A DNA stretch of 64,000 nucleotides from Hydrolagus colliei. Taxonomy: Eukaryota. This document shows positions 13,741 to 24,889 of this stretch, piece after piece. The position numbers and the translations under genes are program-made. The stretch is taken from assembly GCA_035084275.1 (NCBI GenBank), contig CM068761.1, positions 9,238,001 to 9,302,000 on the forward strand, read 5' to 3'. Numbering within the stretch: position 1 is the first letter of the stretch; the number at the start of each line of letters is the position of its first letter. The notes beneath the pieces were generated by a model, which was not told the origin of the DNA, made no database searches, and worked only from the letters and a program-made list of their open reading frames with translations.

Positions 13741-14060
13741 AGCGGACACCCGCCCAAAGATGTTTTGTTATTCCAGTGTGCGAAATAAACGCGCCCAATG
13801 AGGCGAGAAGCCGCCCAATGAGGCGAGATCCCGCCCAATCTGCAAACATTGGCAGCGGGTCTCAGGGCGACTGAATTTATTGGTGGATCCCCTCCCCCCA
13901 GCGGTGCGTATTGGCTGCGTATTGGCATCCACCCCCAGCACGTTAGGTTGGCGGTCAGGTTTCCATCACCCCGAGAACACGCCCCCCTCCCCGGCCAGCC
14001 AGTCACCCTTTCCTGCCTCGGGGCCCCGCGCTATTGTATTTCATGTTCCCGAGGCCTCCA
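13741..14060. promoter_or_regulatory. CpG/GC-rich element with tandem 20-bp CCAAT/GC-box repeats (candidate IgL 3' regulatory element), copy 1
   Basis: GCCCAATGAGGCGAGAxxCC about 2.4 times at 13793-13840, plus further ATTGG motifs; about 1 kb 3' of the C exon poly(A) signal. Function is inferred. Confidence 0.45.
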
Positions 14061-14835
14061 CTGCACCAATTTATAATAATCCTGACAACCCTGGAGAGTT
14101 ATAAGGAATTAAGATACAAACAGTCGGTTTGGGGGGTTATCGCTGACACGTGTTGAGTGTAAAGCAATTAAAACCATCTGTATCATGTCTGAAAATACCA
14201 GCAGCCGCGGGTCGGTAACATGAATGGTTTTGCTGAGAGTGGATCGGAGAACATGTCAATATGAGGGATTGGATAAGGGAACTGTATAATGGGCTGCAGT
14301 GAAATATTGTTCTCACTCGTTTATTTCCTGACTGTCAGTGACAGCGGAAGGGTGGGGGGGGGAGGGGGGGATACGCTGTGGATTTTAGCCAAAGAACATT
14401 GAGATGACGCTCCAACAAGAGCTTTCCGTCCAATATTAATAGTAAATGGCAACTGATAATCTGCGGCAAATTGGGTGAATGTTGGAATTTAACCCGCCAA
14501 TAACCACACAGTTTGCTATTGGAATTACCAGCCACCTTCCCGCTGCTTGTTCAGCTCGCACCAAGTGTGTAGTCATGGCGTTGGCTTGCGGAACAGTCAT
14601 CATTTGTCAGTAAATAAAATGATCAATAAAACAGTGTCATTGATGGCAATGAATCTGTGACTTTATTAAGCGGAGCTACTTAATAATGAAACAATGTGAT
14701 TGTTAAGAGCCAGGAAACTAGCAAGACGCAGAAATGGCAATCAGCTATTCCTAGATAATTGTACATTAATTAGTAATCCGCGAATCGCTGCAATAATTTA
14801 AAATAATGAATGAAACACAAGTAAAATAAGTTTTT

Positions 14836-14841
14836 TTTATT
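14836..14841 (-). terminator. Poly(A) signal of IgL cluster 1
   Basis: TTTATT on + (AATAAA on -) about 170 nt 3' of the C stop codon; conserved in cluster 2. Confidence 0.75.
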
Positions 14842-15007
14842 GCAAACTCAAACTACTCCACATTTTGATCTGAATTACAACAACATCGAAATACAGACGG
14901 CGCGATACTGTGACACGGTTTGGATCGTTATCAAAATGTGGGAATGTCGAATTGAACATTTCTCAAGAAGGCTCCGTGGGCAGTACAGTTCAGTACAGTT
15001 CCCGGAA

Positions 15008-15330
15008 TCATACACAGGTGGATCTGGCGATGGTTGTTTTAAGAGGATCTGCCCGAGTCTCGTGTGTGACCAGACAGGAATACAGCTCGTGTGACTCCCA
15101 CTCGGAGGCTGGCAGAGTCAGATAACTGCTCACACTGTACGTGTTGTCCACCTCCTGCTTGATCGCACTCGTTTCAACACCTTCACTTCTGGCACTGCCA
15201 TCCACAGTCCACTTGACCTCCACAGCTCCCGGGATAAAATCATTCACCAGACACACCAGGGTCGCCTCGCTCTTTGCTGTGATTTGATCTGGTGATGGCG
15301 GAAGGACAGTCACCGAAGGAGCCATTGGGT
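15008..15330 (-). CDS. IGL: Ig light-chain (lambda-type) constant exon, cluster 1
   Basis: Acceptor ttccag|AC; (N)PMAPSVTVLPPSPDQITAKSEATLVCLVNDFIPG...WTVDG...YSVSSYLTLPASEWESHELYSCLVTHET...TIARSTCV*. Ig C1-set Cys/Trp/Cys and terminal interchain Cys. Confidence 0.97.
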
Positions 15331-18087
15331 CTGGAATTAAAGGATTGTATATTCAGATAATGTCCATTATTCGATAATCCGAAAGAAAGTTGAAAATGAA
15401 ATAGCTACGAAAGCAATAACTGGGATTTATATAGCGCTCTCCATGCCGGACGGTATTTCAGAGTGTTTAGCAAAAGTTTTTACTCATAATACCCTCGTTC
15501 AACCGATCTACAAAACAACTCACATCATTACTACTTAATAACACATTCACCCACGTTTTCTTGTCTGTTGCCGAAAATATTTAACAGTGACACTGTCCTG
15601 CTGTCAAGATATCAAACCAATGTGAAGAGACTTTAAGGATCATGAGGTTAAATGCTCACCTGTGTTTCTCACCAAACACTCTCTAGTTTATTATATCATC
15701 TGTAGATTCTCACAAACGCAGTTAACAAATAAAGACTGCCATCGTCAGAATCGACACCAAACATTAACTGTGTCACAGGAAATATGATCTGGGCATCATA
15801 TTGATTGAAAGGGCAGGAAAACGTTTTGATTATTAATTGTATTTCTGACGAAGCTCATTCAAAGTGAGGAAGCAAAAATGAATGCTTTGCAACGATGCCT
15901 TATTTACGGAAGAAATGTGTCAACCTTTGAATAGCTTTGTGAGTTTGAAGAATTGTTTGTCCGTTGGAATCTGGAATGAATTTCCTATTACCGTTAGGCT
16001 GAGTTGTGACTGACTGCAGCAAACACCAAATAGCTCTACATCACAATAATTTACAATTGTAAGGTGCCTTTCACATTGACCATTTACAGCTCGATGATAA
16101 TGACGATAATCCTTTCATTTTTAGAACAAGTCTTCGAGATGTCTGACAGCAATTCTCACAATGTGAAGTGAATTGATTGTATATTTTGGGGAACATACGC
16201 GGGAGAAAGAGAATTAAAAGTACCAGAATCGGAAAACAGTTTGTGCATAAACCCCTGATTCAATCCACCACGAAATGCAACCAGCTATTTATAAATACAA
16301 CCACAATAACAACAATCATATTGGTAACTAGTCGGTTTGAAGACGCCAGCTTAGCAGTGACACTGGATCGGGATCATTCTAAATCCGCAAATTCCTGCAT
16401 CCTCTCTTGTCAAACAAAATCACCGTTTCGACACTTAATGTTTTACGTGTACAGATGATAAAAAAAAACGAGGAAATTCGGGGTAAAAACCATATGGTTC
16501 ACTTTACTCAAATGCTGTATGAAGGAAAAGTCATAATATGGAGCAGTTGAGAAGCACACTGACTAAATTTTAGCAGCTGAAGAAAGTGATTGCCAATTTC
16601 ACAAAGTGTTATTGGTCTCTGTATTGTGCTCTATATTGTGCATTGTATTTATAATCAATATCGCTGCACCGTCTACGGGAAATAAACATCTTCAATATCC
16701 ACAATATGTTTTATATGTCTTAGTGGTTTCATTTCTGTGTTGAACAGATTGACCCGCTGCTCAGCCTGTGTCTTCACTTTGCGCTGATTCACATTGATTT
16801 ACAGCAATGTATGGTGAAACAAATTTGACGTGACTGAGTCTCTGTTGCCAATTGCAATGGTGAAACCCTCAGTGACATCAACCACGGTATTGGGAGCAAA
16901 TAAAGCATATTAAAGAAGCAGAAATAGGAATACAACTCTACCTGAAAAAATACCACATGGACGACTATTAATGGTGGGAATAACACAGTAGTTCATTGCA
17001 CGAGTCTAAATTATACCAAGATACAAGCTACTAAGCCGACGAGAACATTTTAATGATCACGAAATAACGGAGGAGAAGCTAATGTCAAATAATACACAAA
17101 GAAACCTATCAGAGTTGTTCTATCATCTGACCAGCAGTTGAAGAGAGTTACTAGGTCACTTGGAAGTTTAAATTCTTCAAGCATCCAAGTAGTTACTTTT
17201 TTAACCGATGTTCGGCTATACATCACCTCATGCTTACAAACCGGGGTGACTAAACATATTAATTCATTAATCTGGCACTCGAAAGCTCCTCTTCAATTCC
17301 AGATGTGAAACTGTTACCTGGTTTCACTGGAGCAGTTCATTCATTACAAGAATCTCCAGACGGTGGATCATTGAATCTTATATATTCAGTCCTTCAATAG
17401 ACACAATGTTAAAGTAAATTTAACCACCATTATGCTCCGCGCTCGACGTGAAATGCGCCATAGAAATGTAACTGTGTAGTTGTGCTCTTGATTAATTCCT
17501 TCGTCTACTTTTTTTTGCCCAGAATTACTTCGCCTGGCTTCCTGTCTTGCCTCCTTCAAACCCAAATTGAAGATGCTGCTCCTCGACTAAGCCATCAGCC
17601 TCAGTCTTACACCTCTGCTCTCCCTCATCCCTGCTCTCCCCACACCGCACCCAGCCAACACCCCACACACTATTACCCCCCTATTACCCCCCATACTCGT
17701 ATCCTGACCCCCTGTCTGCTCGGCGCCTTGGGAATTCCTCTGGATGTGAAAGGCGCTCAAATACAATTTTGTTGCTGTTATTTTGCCATTGCTTGTTTCC
17801 TGCAATATCCTTAATTCTTCAGAGATTCTTAATGAAACTCAGGGTTCACGTGTTTCTGAATTCAGAATATCAGAATTCCACGTAAATAAATCACTTACCA
17901 TTCCGAAGATTACTGCTCAATGCAAACATAACAGGAATATTGTGTATCAGAATTAAACACAGATCGACGGAAAGGGAAATACACTTTTATACTGTAAAAT
18001 GAATCACACAGAACTAGATCAAAACAATTATTGTAAACCCGAGACCCCCCACTTCACAGTCAATGTAGAATGGCAAAGGTCACTTAC

Positions 18088-18435
18088 TTTTCAAATTCAG
18101 TTTGGTCCCTTTACCGAACAAGAAAGTATACGGACTGCTGCGCAACCTAGCACCACAGTAATAATCAGCCGCGTCCTCCGGCTGCAGACCCCTGATGGTC
18201 AAATGCATGTCCGATGATCCCGTAGAACCAGTGAATCGATCAGGAATCCCCTGACCTCTGGTGGAGTCATAATCACGCCAAACAAGCACAGGGGCGCTGC
18301 CAGGCTTCTGCTGGTACCAGCTCGTGAAGTAGCTGCCGATGCTGCCTCCGGACATGGTACAGGTGATCTTGACGGTGTTTCCCGGGGAGGTTGAGATGGA
18401 CGGTGGCTGAGTCAGGGTAACAGCTGCGGTTGTTC
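18088..18435 (-). CDS. IGL: Germline-joined VJ exon, lambda-type light chain, cluster 1
   Basis: Acceptor ctccag, then GTTAAVTLTQPPSISTSPGNTVKITCTMSGGSIGSYFTSWYQQKPGSAPVLVW...DAADYYC-GARLRSSPYTFL-FGKGTKLNLK, then donor gtaagt (18082-18087). V and J are in one ORF with no intervening RSS. Confidence 0.97.
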
Positions 18436-18461
18436 CTGGAGAAATAACAAGTCACAGATAA

Positions 18462-18540
18462 GTCACACTGTAGATAAGTCACACTGTAGAGAGGTCACAC
18501 TGTAGATAGGTCACACTGTAGAGAGGTCACACTGTAGAAC
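18462..18540. repeat. 16-bp minisatellite (5 copies) in the leader-V intron
   Basis: GTCACACTGTAGA(T/G)A(A/G) five times, seen directly. Confidence 0.95.
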
Positions 18541-18593
18541 TAACTGTACAAAGTGAAGCTAATTGAGATCAGTACGGATTCCGCAGCGCTTAC

Positions 18594-18642
18594 CATGCAG
18601 ACACAGGAGCAAAGCGGCCAGAACTCGGAGCCAATCGCCCAT
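18594..18642 (-). CDS. IGL: Leader exon, IgL cluster 1
   Basis: MGDWLRVLAALLLCLH+G then gtaagc donor; 49 nt, phase matches the VJ exon. Confidence 0.93.
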
Positions 18643-18742
18643 TGTGAACAGTTTGACGAAGATCTGAAGAGAGATGAGGGATTTTCCAGACAAAAGCCAC
18701 TTCAGTGTTTGATCCAAACTTCTCCTTAAGAACCATCAGGTG

Positions 18743-18777
18743 ATGCAAATTCAGTTGAATTGATAGATTATGCAAAT
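18743..18777 (-). promoter_or_regulatory. Two Ig octamers in the V1 promoter
   Basis: ATGCAAAT on + at 18743-18750 and 18770-18777, i.e. ATTTGCAT on the coding strand about 100-135 nt upstream of the ATG, the usual light-chain orientation. Confidence 0.88.
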
Positions 18778-19984
18778 CATCCCCCGAGTTGCATTGTCCA
18801 ATAGTAAAACTTGCTCTCAGCAGTAAACTGAATATCATGCAGATTTCAGGCATTTTAATGCCCATATTTCAAAAGATATTGCATGATAATATTATATAAC
18901 GTTTCTCCCTGAAGAGTTTGATTGATCAAAGCATTTTATTTCCAATACGAAACAAAGTATTTAATGTAAACTGAAGGTACATGGCGTCCTCCAGCAAAGT
19001 TGTTAGAGGAGTAGCCTCGGAAGCATAGGACCTGGGTGGATTCACTGGAAGGTTGTAAAGTTGTCAAATTTTCAAAATATACTGTCGTTTCTCTATCCAC
19101 CATTGTATCTAGGAATCTGTAGAGTGCCATCGGCTGTCTTGATTCGCCCAGAAAATGTACAATTAGTTCACCTGACAACTTTGAAACGTCCAGAAGACAT
19201 TGTAACGCACCATATCATAGGCAAGGATTATTACCATTAATGGTATTCACACAACAAACAATTATTTACAGGATCCTGGAAACGCTGGATTCCATTAAAT
19301 ATTAACTGTGTGCTTTTCAGTGTGTGAATCCCGGAAGACCACTTGCCCAAGTTCACAGGGAATGTCAATGTTGGGGAGTTTGTTCTGATGTGGGATAATT
19401 GTTTCTGCATTTTGTTGACTTCTGGCCGATCAGCAGAATAAGCCCGGCTGTTTTTTTATAGCCCTCGGTTGGCTAATAACCGGATAAGTGAGGGACCAAC
19501 AACATTTGCAGTTACAGTTTGCAGACTGACTTGCTACATTTGATCTGCTGCAGATCTGCACAGAAAGCCACACTTTTCAAGCGACGCCCACCATCTTCAA
19601 ACTATGTGTACGGTTTATAGATATTTCACAATATGAACTGTCCAAGTTACCATCGCACAGTTTTCAGGTCTGATCCTACCCTCACACTGGGATTTTCTTG
19701 ACTCCTACTTTGCCTTCCTGCATGCGGGATATTTTTCTCTGGATGAACCTGTCAACCCCCACCATCGCTCCGCTCCATTTGCTCCACATTTGCTCCACAT
19801 CTCCCAGAGGCTAAAGTTAAAATTTCTCAACATCGACTTCAAAGCTCTGTACAGCCTTATTCCTTCCTACCTCTGTTCACTCCCTCCCTTGATTCCTTCT
19901 ATACGCGTCGTAAAACCCTTCAGTCCCAACATGCCCTGCCCTCCACAACCTCTGATCCTACCTCACTATCAATATCTAGGTATA

Positions 19985-20854
19985 GATAGGCTACAGGAGA
20001 TATAGATAGGCTAGGGAAGTGGGCAAGTAGGTGGCAGATGGAATTCAATGTCAGCAAGTGTGAAATTATTCACCTAGGTAGCAAGAATAAAACAATAGAT
20101 TAATTTCTAGATGGGGAGAATTTAGATAGTATTAGTGTTCAAAGGGATTTGGGTGTCCTTGTAAACGAGTCCCAAAAAGTCAGTTTGCAGGTGCAGCAAG
20201 CAACTAAGAAGGCGAACGGCATGCTAGCGTTCATTTCAAAAGGTTTAGAGTGCAAGAGGAGGGAAGTCTTGCTGCAACTGTACAGAGCTTTGGTGATACC
20301 ACACCTAGAGTATTGTATGCAGCTTCGGTCTCCTTATTTAAAAAATGACATACTTGCCTTAGAGGGGGTGCAGCGTAGATTCACTAGGTTAGTTCCTGGG
20401 ATGAGGGGACTGCGGATAGGTTGAATAAACCAGGGCTGTATTTTCCAGAGTACAGAAGAATTAGAGGGGATCTTATTGAAACATATAAAATTCTTAAAGG
20501 GCAAGATAAAGTAGACAGTGAGGGATTGTTTCCCCTGGTAGGAGAATCTATAGCCAGGTTTCACAGTCTTAAAATTAAGGGTCACCCTTTCAGAAGAGAG
20601 TTGAGGAAACATTTCTTCACTCAGAGGGCAGTGAATTTATGGAATTCATTACCCCAGATGGTTATAGAATCTCAGTCGTTGAACATTTTCAAGGCTGAGA
20701 CTGATAGATTTTTGAAAAATAGTGAGATTAGGGGTATGGGGATAGGGCAGGTAATCAGAGTTAGATGAGACGATCAGCCATGATCTTATTGAATGGCGGA
20801 ACAGACTCGAGGGGATAAATGGCCTACTCCTGCTCCTAATGCTTATGTTCTTAT
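19985..20854 (+). mobile_element. CR1 LINE 3' fragment (different subfamily, HER1-like tail)
   Basis: ORFs 20149..20424 and 20421..20768 (RPHLEYC-like, QRRFTR, WNSLP); tail gaatggcgg...ggcctactcctgctcct...ttatgttcttat. Confidence 0.92.
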
Positions 20855-21156
20855 CTTTTAATGAATGTTCCCCTCAGCATGCTTAAGTAAACAACAATGA
20901 ATTGCAATGTCCTGCCCATTACCGCTATGCATTGTGACACATGAGTTTTTTCAGATGAAACATTAACAGCTGTAAGTCATATTTCCTCCTAGGTAACAGA
21001 GGTGCGATGGTATCAAATCATAAATACGCAATTCCGATCTTCTGGAAGAAACACAGACATCGCTGGGATAACTGAGTTCTGAGTTGGGGACTGATGAAGG
21101 GTCATGCACCCGAAACAATGACGCACTTTATTTTCTCCATAGATGCTACCTGATTT

Positions 21157-22215
21157 TTCACCCTTTACACGATCCCTCTGGGCGACGTCATCCGCAAACA
21201 TGGGGTAAATTTCCACATGTATGCGGACGACACCCAGTTGTATCTTTCTGTCTCATCCCTCAACCCCCAGACGATCGATGTTCTGACAGCATGTCTGTCC
21301 GACATCGAGTCCTGGACGAGGGACAATCTTTTGCAATTGAACGTGAGTAAGACCGAGGCCCTCCTGATTGGCTCAAGCCAGCGCCTCCACACATCGGGCG
21401 CTGCCAGCCTCAACATCCAAGGCTGCATTCTCCACCTCACAAAGCCAATCAGGAACCTCGGCATCATGTTCGATCAAAAACTTTCCTTCCTCCCCCACAT
21501 CCGTGCCTTGACCGGCACCGTTTATTTCCACCTGCGCAACATTGCCAGGCTCCGCAACTATCTTACCCCCCGCGCTGCCGAAACACTCGTGCACGCATAC
21601 ATCACCTCACGGCTGGACTACGGAAACTCTCTCCTCGTCGGCCTCCCCAGTTCCTCCATTCACAGGCTGCAGGTCATCCAAAACTCTGCAGCCCGTGTAC
21701 TATCCCGCACCCGCCTCCGCGACCACATAACCCCCACCCTCGCCCGTCTCCACTGGCTCCCCATCCTCCAGAGGATCGAGTTCAAGATCCTCGTCCTCAC
21801 CTACAAGGCCTTACACGGCCTTGCCCCACCCTATTTAACTGATCTACTCTCCCCCTACACGCCCACCCGGACCCTCCGTTCAACAGGACTTGGCCTGCTC
21901 CAAGCCCCCCGCCCGAACCGCCCCACCATCGGAGGCCGGGCCTTCAGTTTCTCCGCTCCCACCTTATGGAATGCCATCCCTCAATCCCTCCATTTCGCCT
22001 CTTCCCTTTCCTCTTTCAAGGCCGGTTTGAACACTTTCCTCTTCGATCGTGCCTTTTGTTCCACCCCGAACTTTTTTAGCTCCCCTTCGTGTTTCACCCC
22101 TTCCCAAACACTCCCCTCCCAGCTCGGGTCACACGCCTCCTGTGCAGCGCCTTGGGACGTCCTCCCGACGTGAAAGGCGCTCTATAAATGTAATTTGTTG
22201 TTGTTGTTGTTGTTG
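21157..22215 (+). mobile_element. L2 LINE, 5'-truncated, young family
   Basis: Intact ORF 21217..22173 (YADDTQLY...SRLDYGNSL...LHWLPI) and a (TTG)n tail to 22215; very similar to 2306-3592 and 48897-50475. Confidence 0.95.
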
Positions 22216-24889
22216 ATCAGCAAAGTGTTCCCAGCGTCTGCCGTTTCGCTTTCAGCAGCTGCAGCTTCAGTAATTTGTGTTTTGTTCTGATGTTCTGGAC
22301 ATGTTCCTGACACCTATTAGATGATGCGATATAGAAAAGGAAACAGGTTTATGTTATTCAACCTACTGAAGGACAGTGTGTTGTCTCCCACATACATACA
22401 GTGAATTCACGAGATTTGTGGGCAAAACGTGGCAGCTAAAACTAATATGTAGTGAAAGTGGGTAAGGAGAAAATGTCATGGCAGACCTTGTCACTCACAT
22501 CTTAGCCATGACCACACACCCTGCATGCTGATGCCATCCCACTGATTGCTTGCTTCCCGGCTCTGCATGCACGTTTTGGCTGCTGCCCCGACTTGAGCAT
22601 CGCCCTGATATCATATCCATACCTTCAATTCATTTTACAGTATATTCTGTTTATGAAGCGATTCGAAATGTCTATATGACGTATTAAGCGCAAATAAATC
22701 AACAAATCAATAATCCTTGCATTAGATATAGCGCATTCCACATCTTATCGGTGTCTCAAATGAAAGGATTATTATTATTATTTGGATTTTTTGGCTGAAA
22801 ATCGTATCAAATGTGTTGATGTGTTGAGAGATTCTAAAAAAGCATTACATCCTGAAACTCTACAAACAAAGGTGTTTGTACCTAATTTCAGGCCCTTAAA
22901 AAATTATATATTGAGTGATGTTCATTGCAGGCCCTGAGCTCACAATCTTGGTGTCTGGTATTTCATTTCTACCCTACACCACATCAATGTTTCACTCATG
23001 TGTCGTCAATATTTCCAACATCTAAGTTTTCAAAATCTGAATATCCAACTCCATAGGCTGCAGATCATCGAGAACTTTGCTTTCATGTCTCCTTCTGCTC
23101 CTACAGAAGGCTCCATGAAATTATCAACTCCAACCCTTACAAATCAATGCCACATTCTCTTCACCAAGCCGACTGCCTTGCCTCCTTCAAGGTAGGTATC
23201 AGGACCTTCGTCCACCTGTTTCACCTCCCTGCTACCTTCCCTGCCCTCCCAATACCCTGATTCAATCCCCTCCACATGGCTCCAAATCACTGACAAGACA
23301 TCGCCTTGGGATAATATCTAGATATGAAACGCAAAACACAAATGTAATTTCATAATTTTTACCTAATTGTGTCTAGCCGTATGGTTATTTCTGGATCATG
23401 ACTAATCCCAAGTCAAGGAGCACACAAGCCCATGTGGGCATCGACACCACACTACACTGCGTGAAGGGTACTACATAAATGCAAGTCGTTGTTGATGTCG
23501 TTGTTTTAATACTTGTTTTAGAATGCCAACTGGGTGACATTCAGCAAATGTATGTGGTTCTCTAGCTTTTTGATTCCTTTCAATCATCATGTACGGATTG
23601 CGTCAGCATCATATATTCCTCATATACTTTTTTCATCTGCATATATATACATCCGATGACAAAGTTAAAAAATGAATCATGCACAAATGAAGGATGACTT
23701 CCAAACCAATCACAGATCATTTCCTAGTGCTGAATGCTACCATTATTAAATTACCTTCCAATCATACTGGTTAGATCATTCTTTCTAAATCCATAATAAT
23801 AATACATTTTGGATTACATTCTTTCAGCTCCTTATTTAGGAGGATGGCTCGAAGGTCGTTGTGAACATCAGCCCATTAGTTTATTGCAGCACGGCAGAAA
23901 GAGCCATAAACAGAATGATAAATTTTAATTTGGTAGAAGGATGTCTAATATACTACAAATGCTTATTCTCATCCAACATAGAGTACGTCTGAAAATGCAA
24001 TGAACCTCCCCACCCTGTACACAACGCTGCATTGGAGTGTCAACATTGACAATGTATGTTCCAACTGTAGACGTGGTGCTGGAACTCCCAATCCTCTGAA
24101 TCTTGGGGAGAATGAACTGTGCCAGACAGTCACACTGGCACATACAGTCATCTGGCATGCCTTTAGTTAGAAAGTGAATAAATGACGTTGAACCAATCAT
24201 ACATCATTCCCTGGTCCTAAATTTTATCCATAGTAGTTTACCTGCCAATTGCACCCTTTAGGACCCTTCTTTACCTGTCCAAAGTTATAATATATTTACC
24301 GTTGCTTTAATGTTCACGTTACATTTGCAGGTTGGCAAATGGATCAATGAATATTCTGCATATTTGCAGCAGCCCATTCAGACGCAACCGTTTTCCACTA
24401 GCAGCCATGAAGTGAATGAAAATATCAACAACAAATTACAGTTGTATAGCACTGAATGATGAATTCTAATTTGGGGGCATATTGTCCAGGATGTGGCAAA
24501 TGCTCCTTTTACCTTTTCAAATGTGTCATATTTTAGATCCAGATAAACTACCAGACCGAGATCTGATCAGAACAATGGCACCTCCAACAATGCAGTAAAT
24601 CTGCAGCACAGCATCAGTGTCAATATTGGCAATATATGTATATGTTCCAATTCCAAGTTTGGTGCTTGAAACCCCAACCCTCTGATTCAGAGGGTAATTC
24701 CAACTGAGCCAGGCTTACAAACTGACACAGGTTTCAATGTTCCTTCTTGCCTTCCACCTGGAGCGATCCAAACGCATGACTAAGCTGCTAAATTAAGTCT
24801 TGTGGCACAATGGTAGAGCACTCACCTTGCAAGAGATTAATGTAGTCAACATTGTGGAGGGCTTTAAATTTGAGGACCAGGATGTTGAA

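Larger units (their letters stand above)
5480..15345. repeat. Segmental duplication, copy 1 (3' flank plus C exon of Ig cluster 1)
   Basis: Colinear with 22610-31520, for example 5655-5760 vs 22790-22900, 6060-6300 vs 23530-23780, 11690-11880 vs 28060-28245 and 14100-15330 vs 30283-31507. Confidence 0.95.

Noticed and set aside
13793-13840. CCAAT repeats as ER-stress elements (CCAAT-N9-CCACG)
   Set aside because: The bases after N9 are not CCACG, so the spacing and sequence do not fit.
13602-14104. ORFs over the GC-rich element (13602..14006, 29900..30187) as a conserved gene
   Set aside because: The similarity comes from the recent duplication; there is no splice structure or domain, and the copies differ by repeat expansion and deletion.
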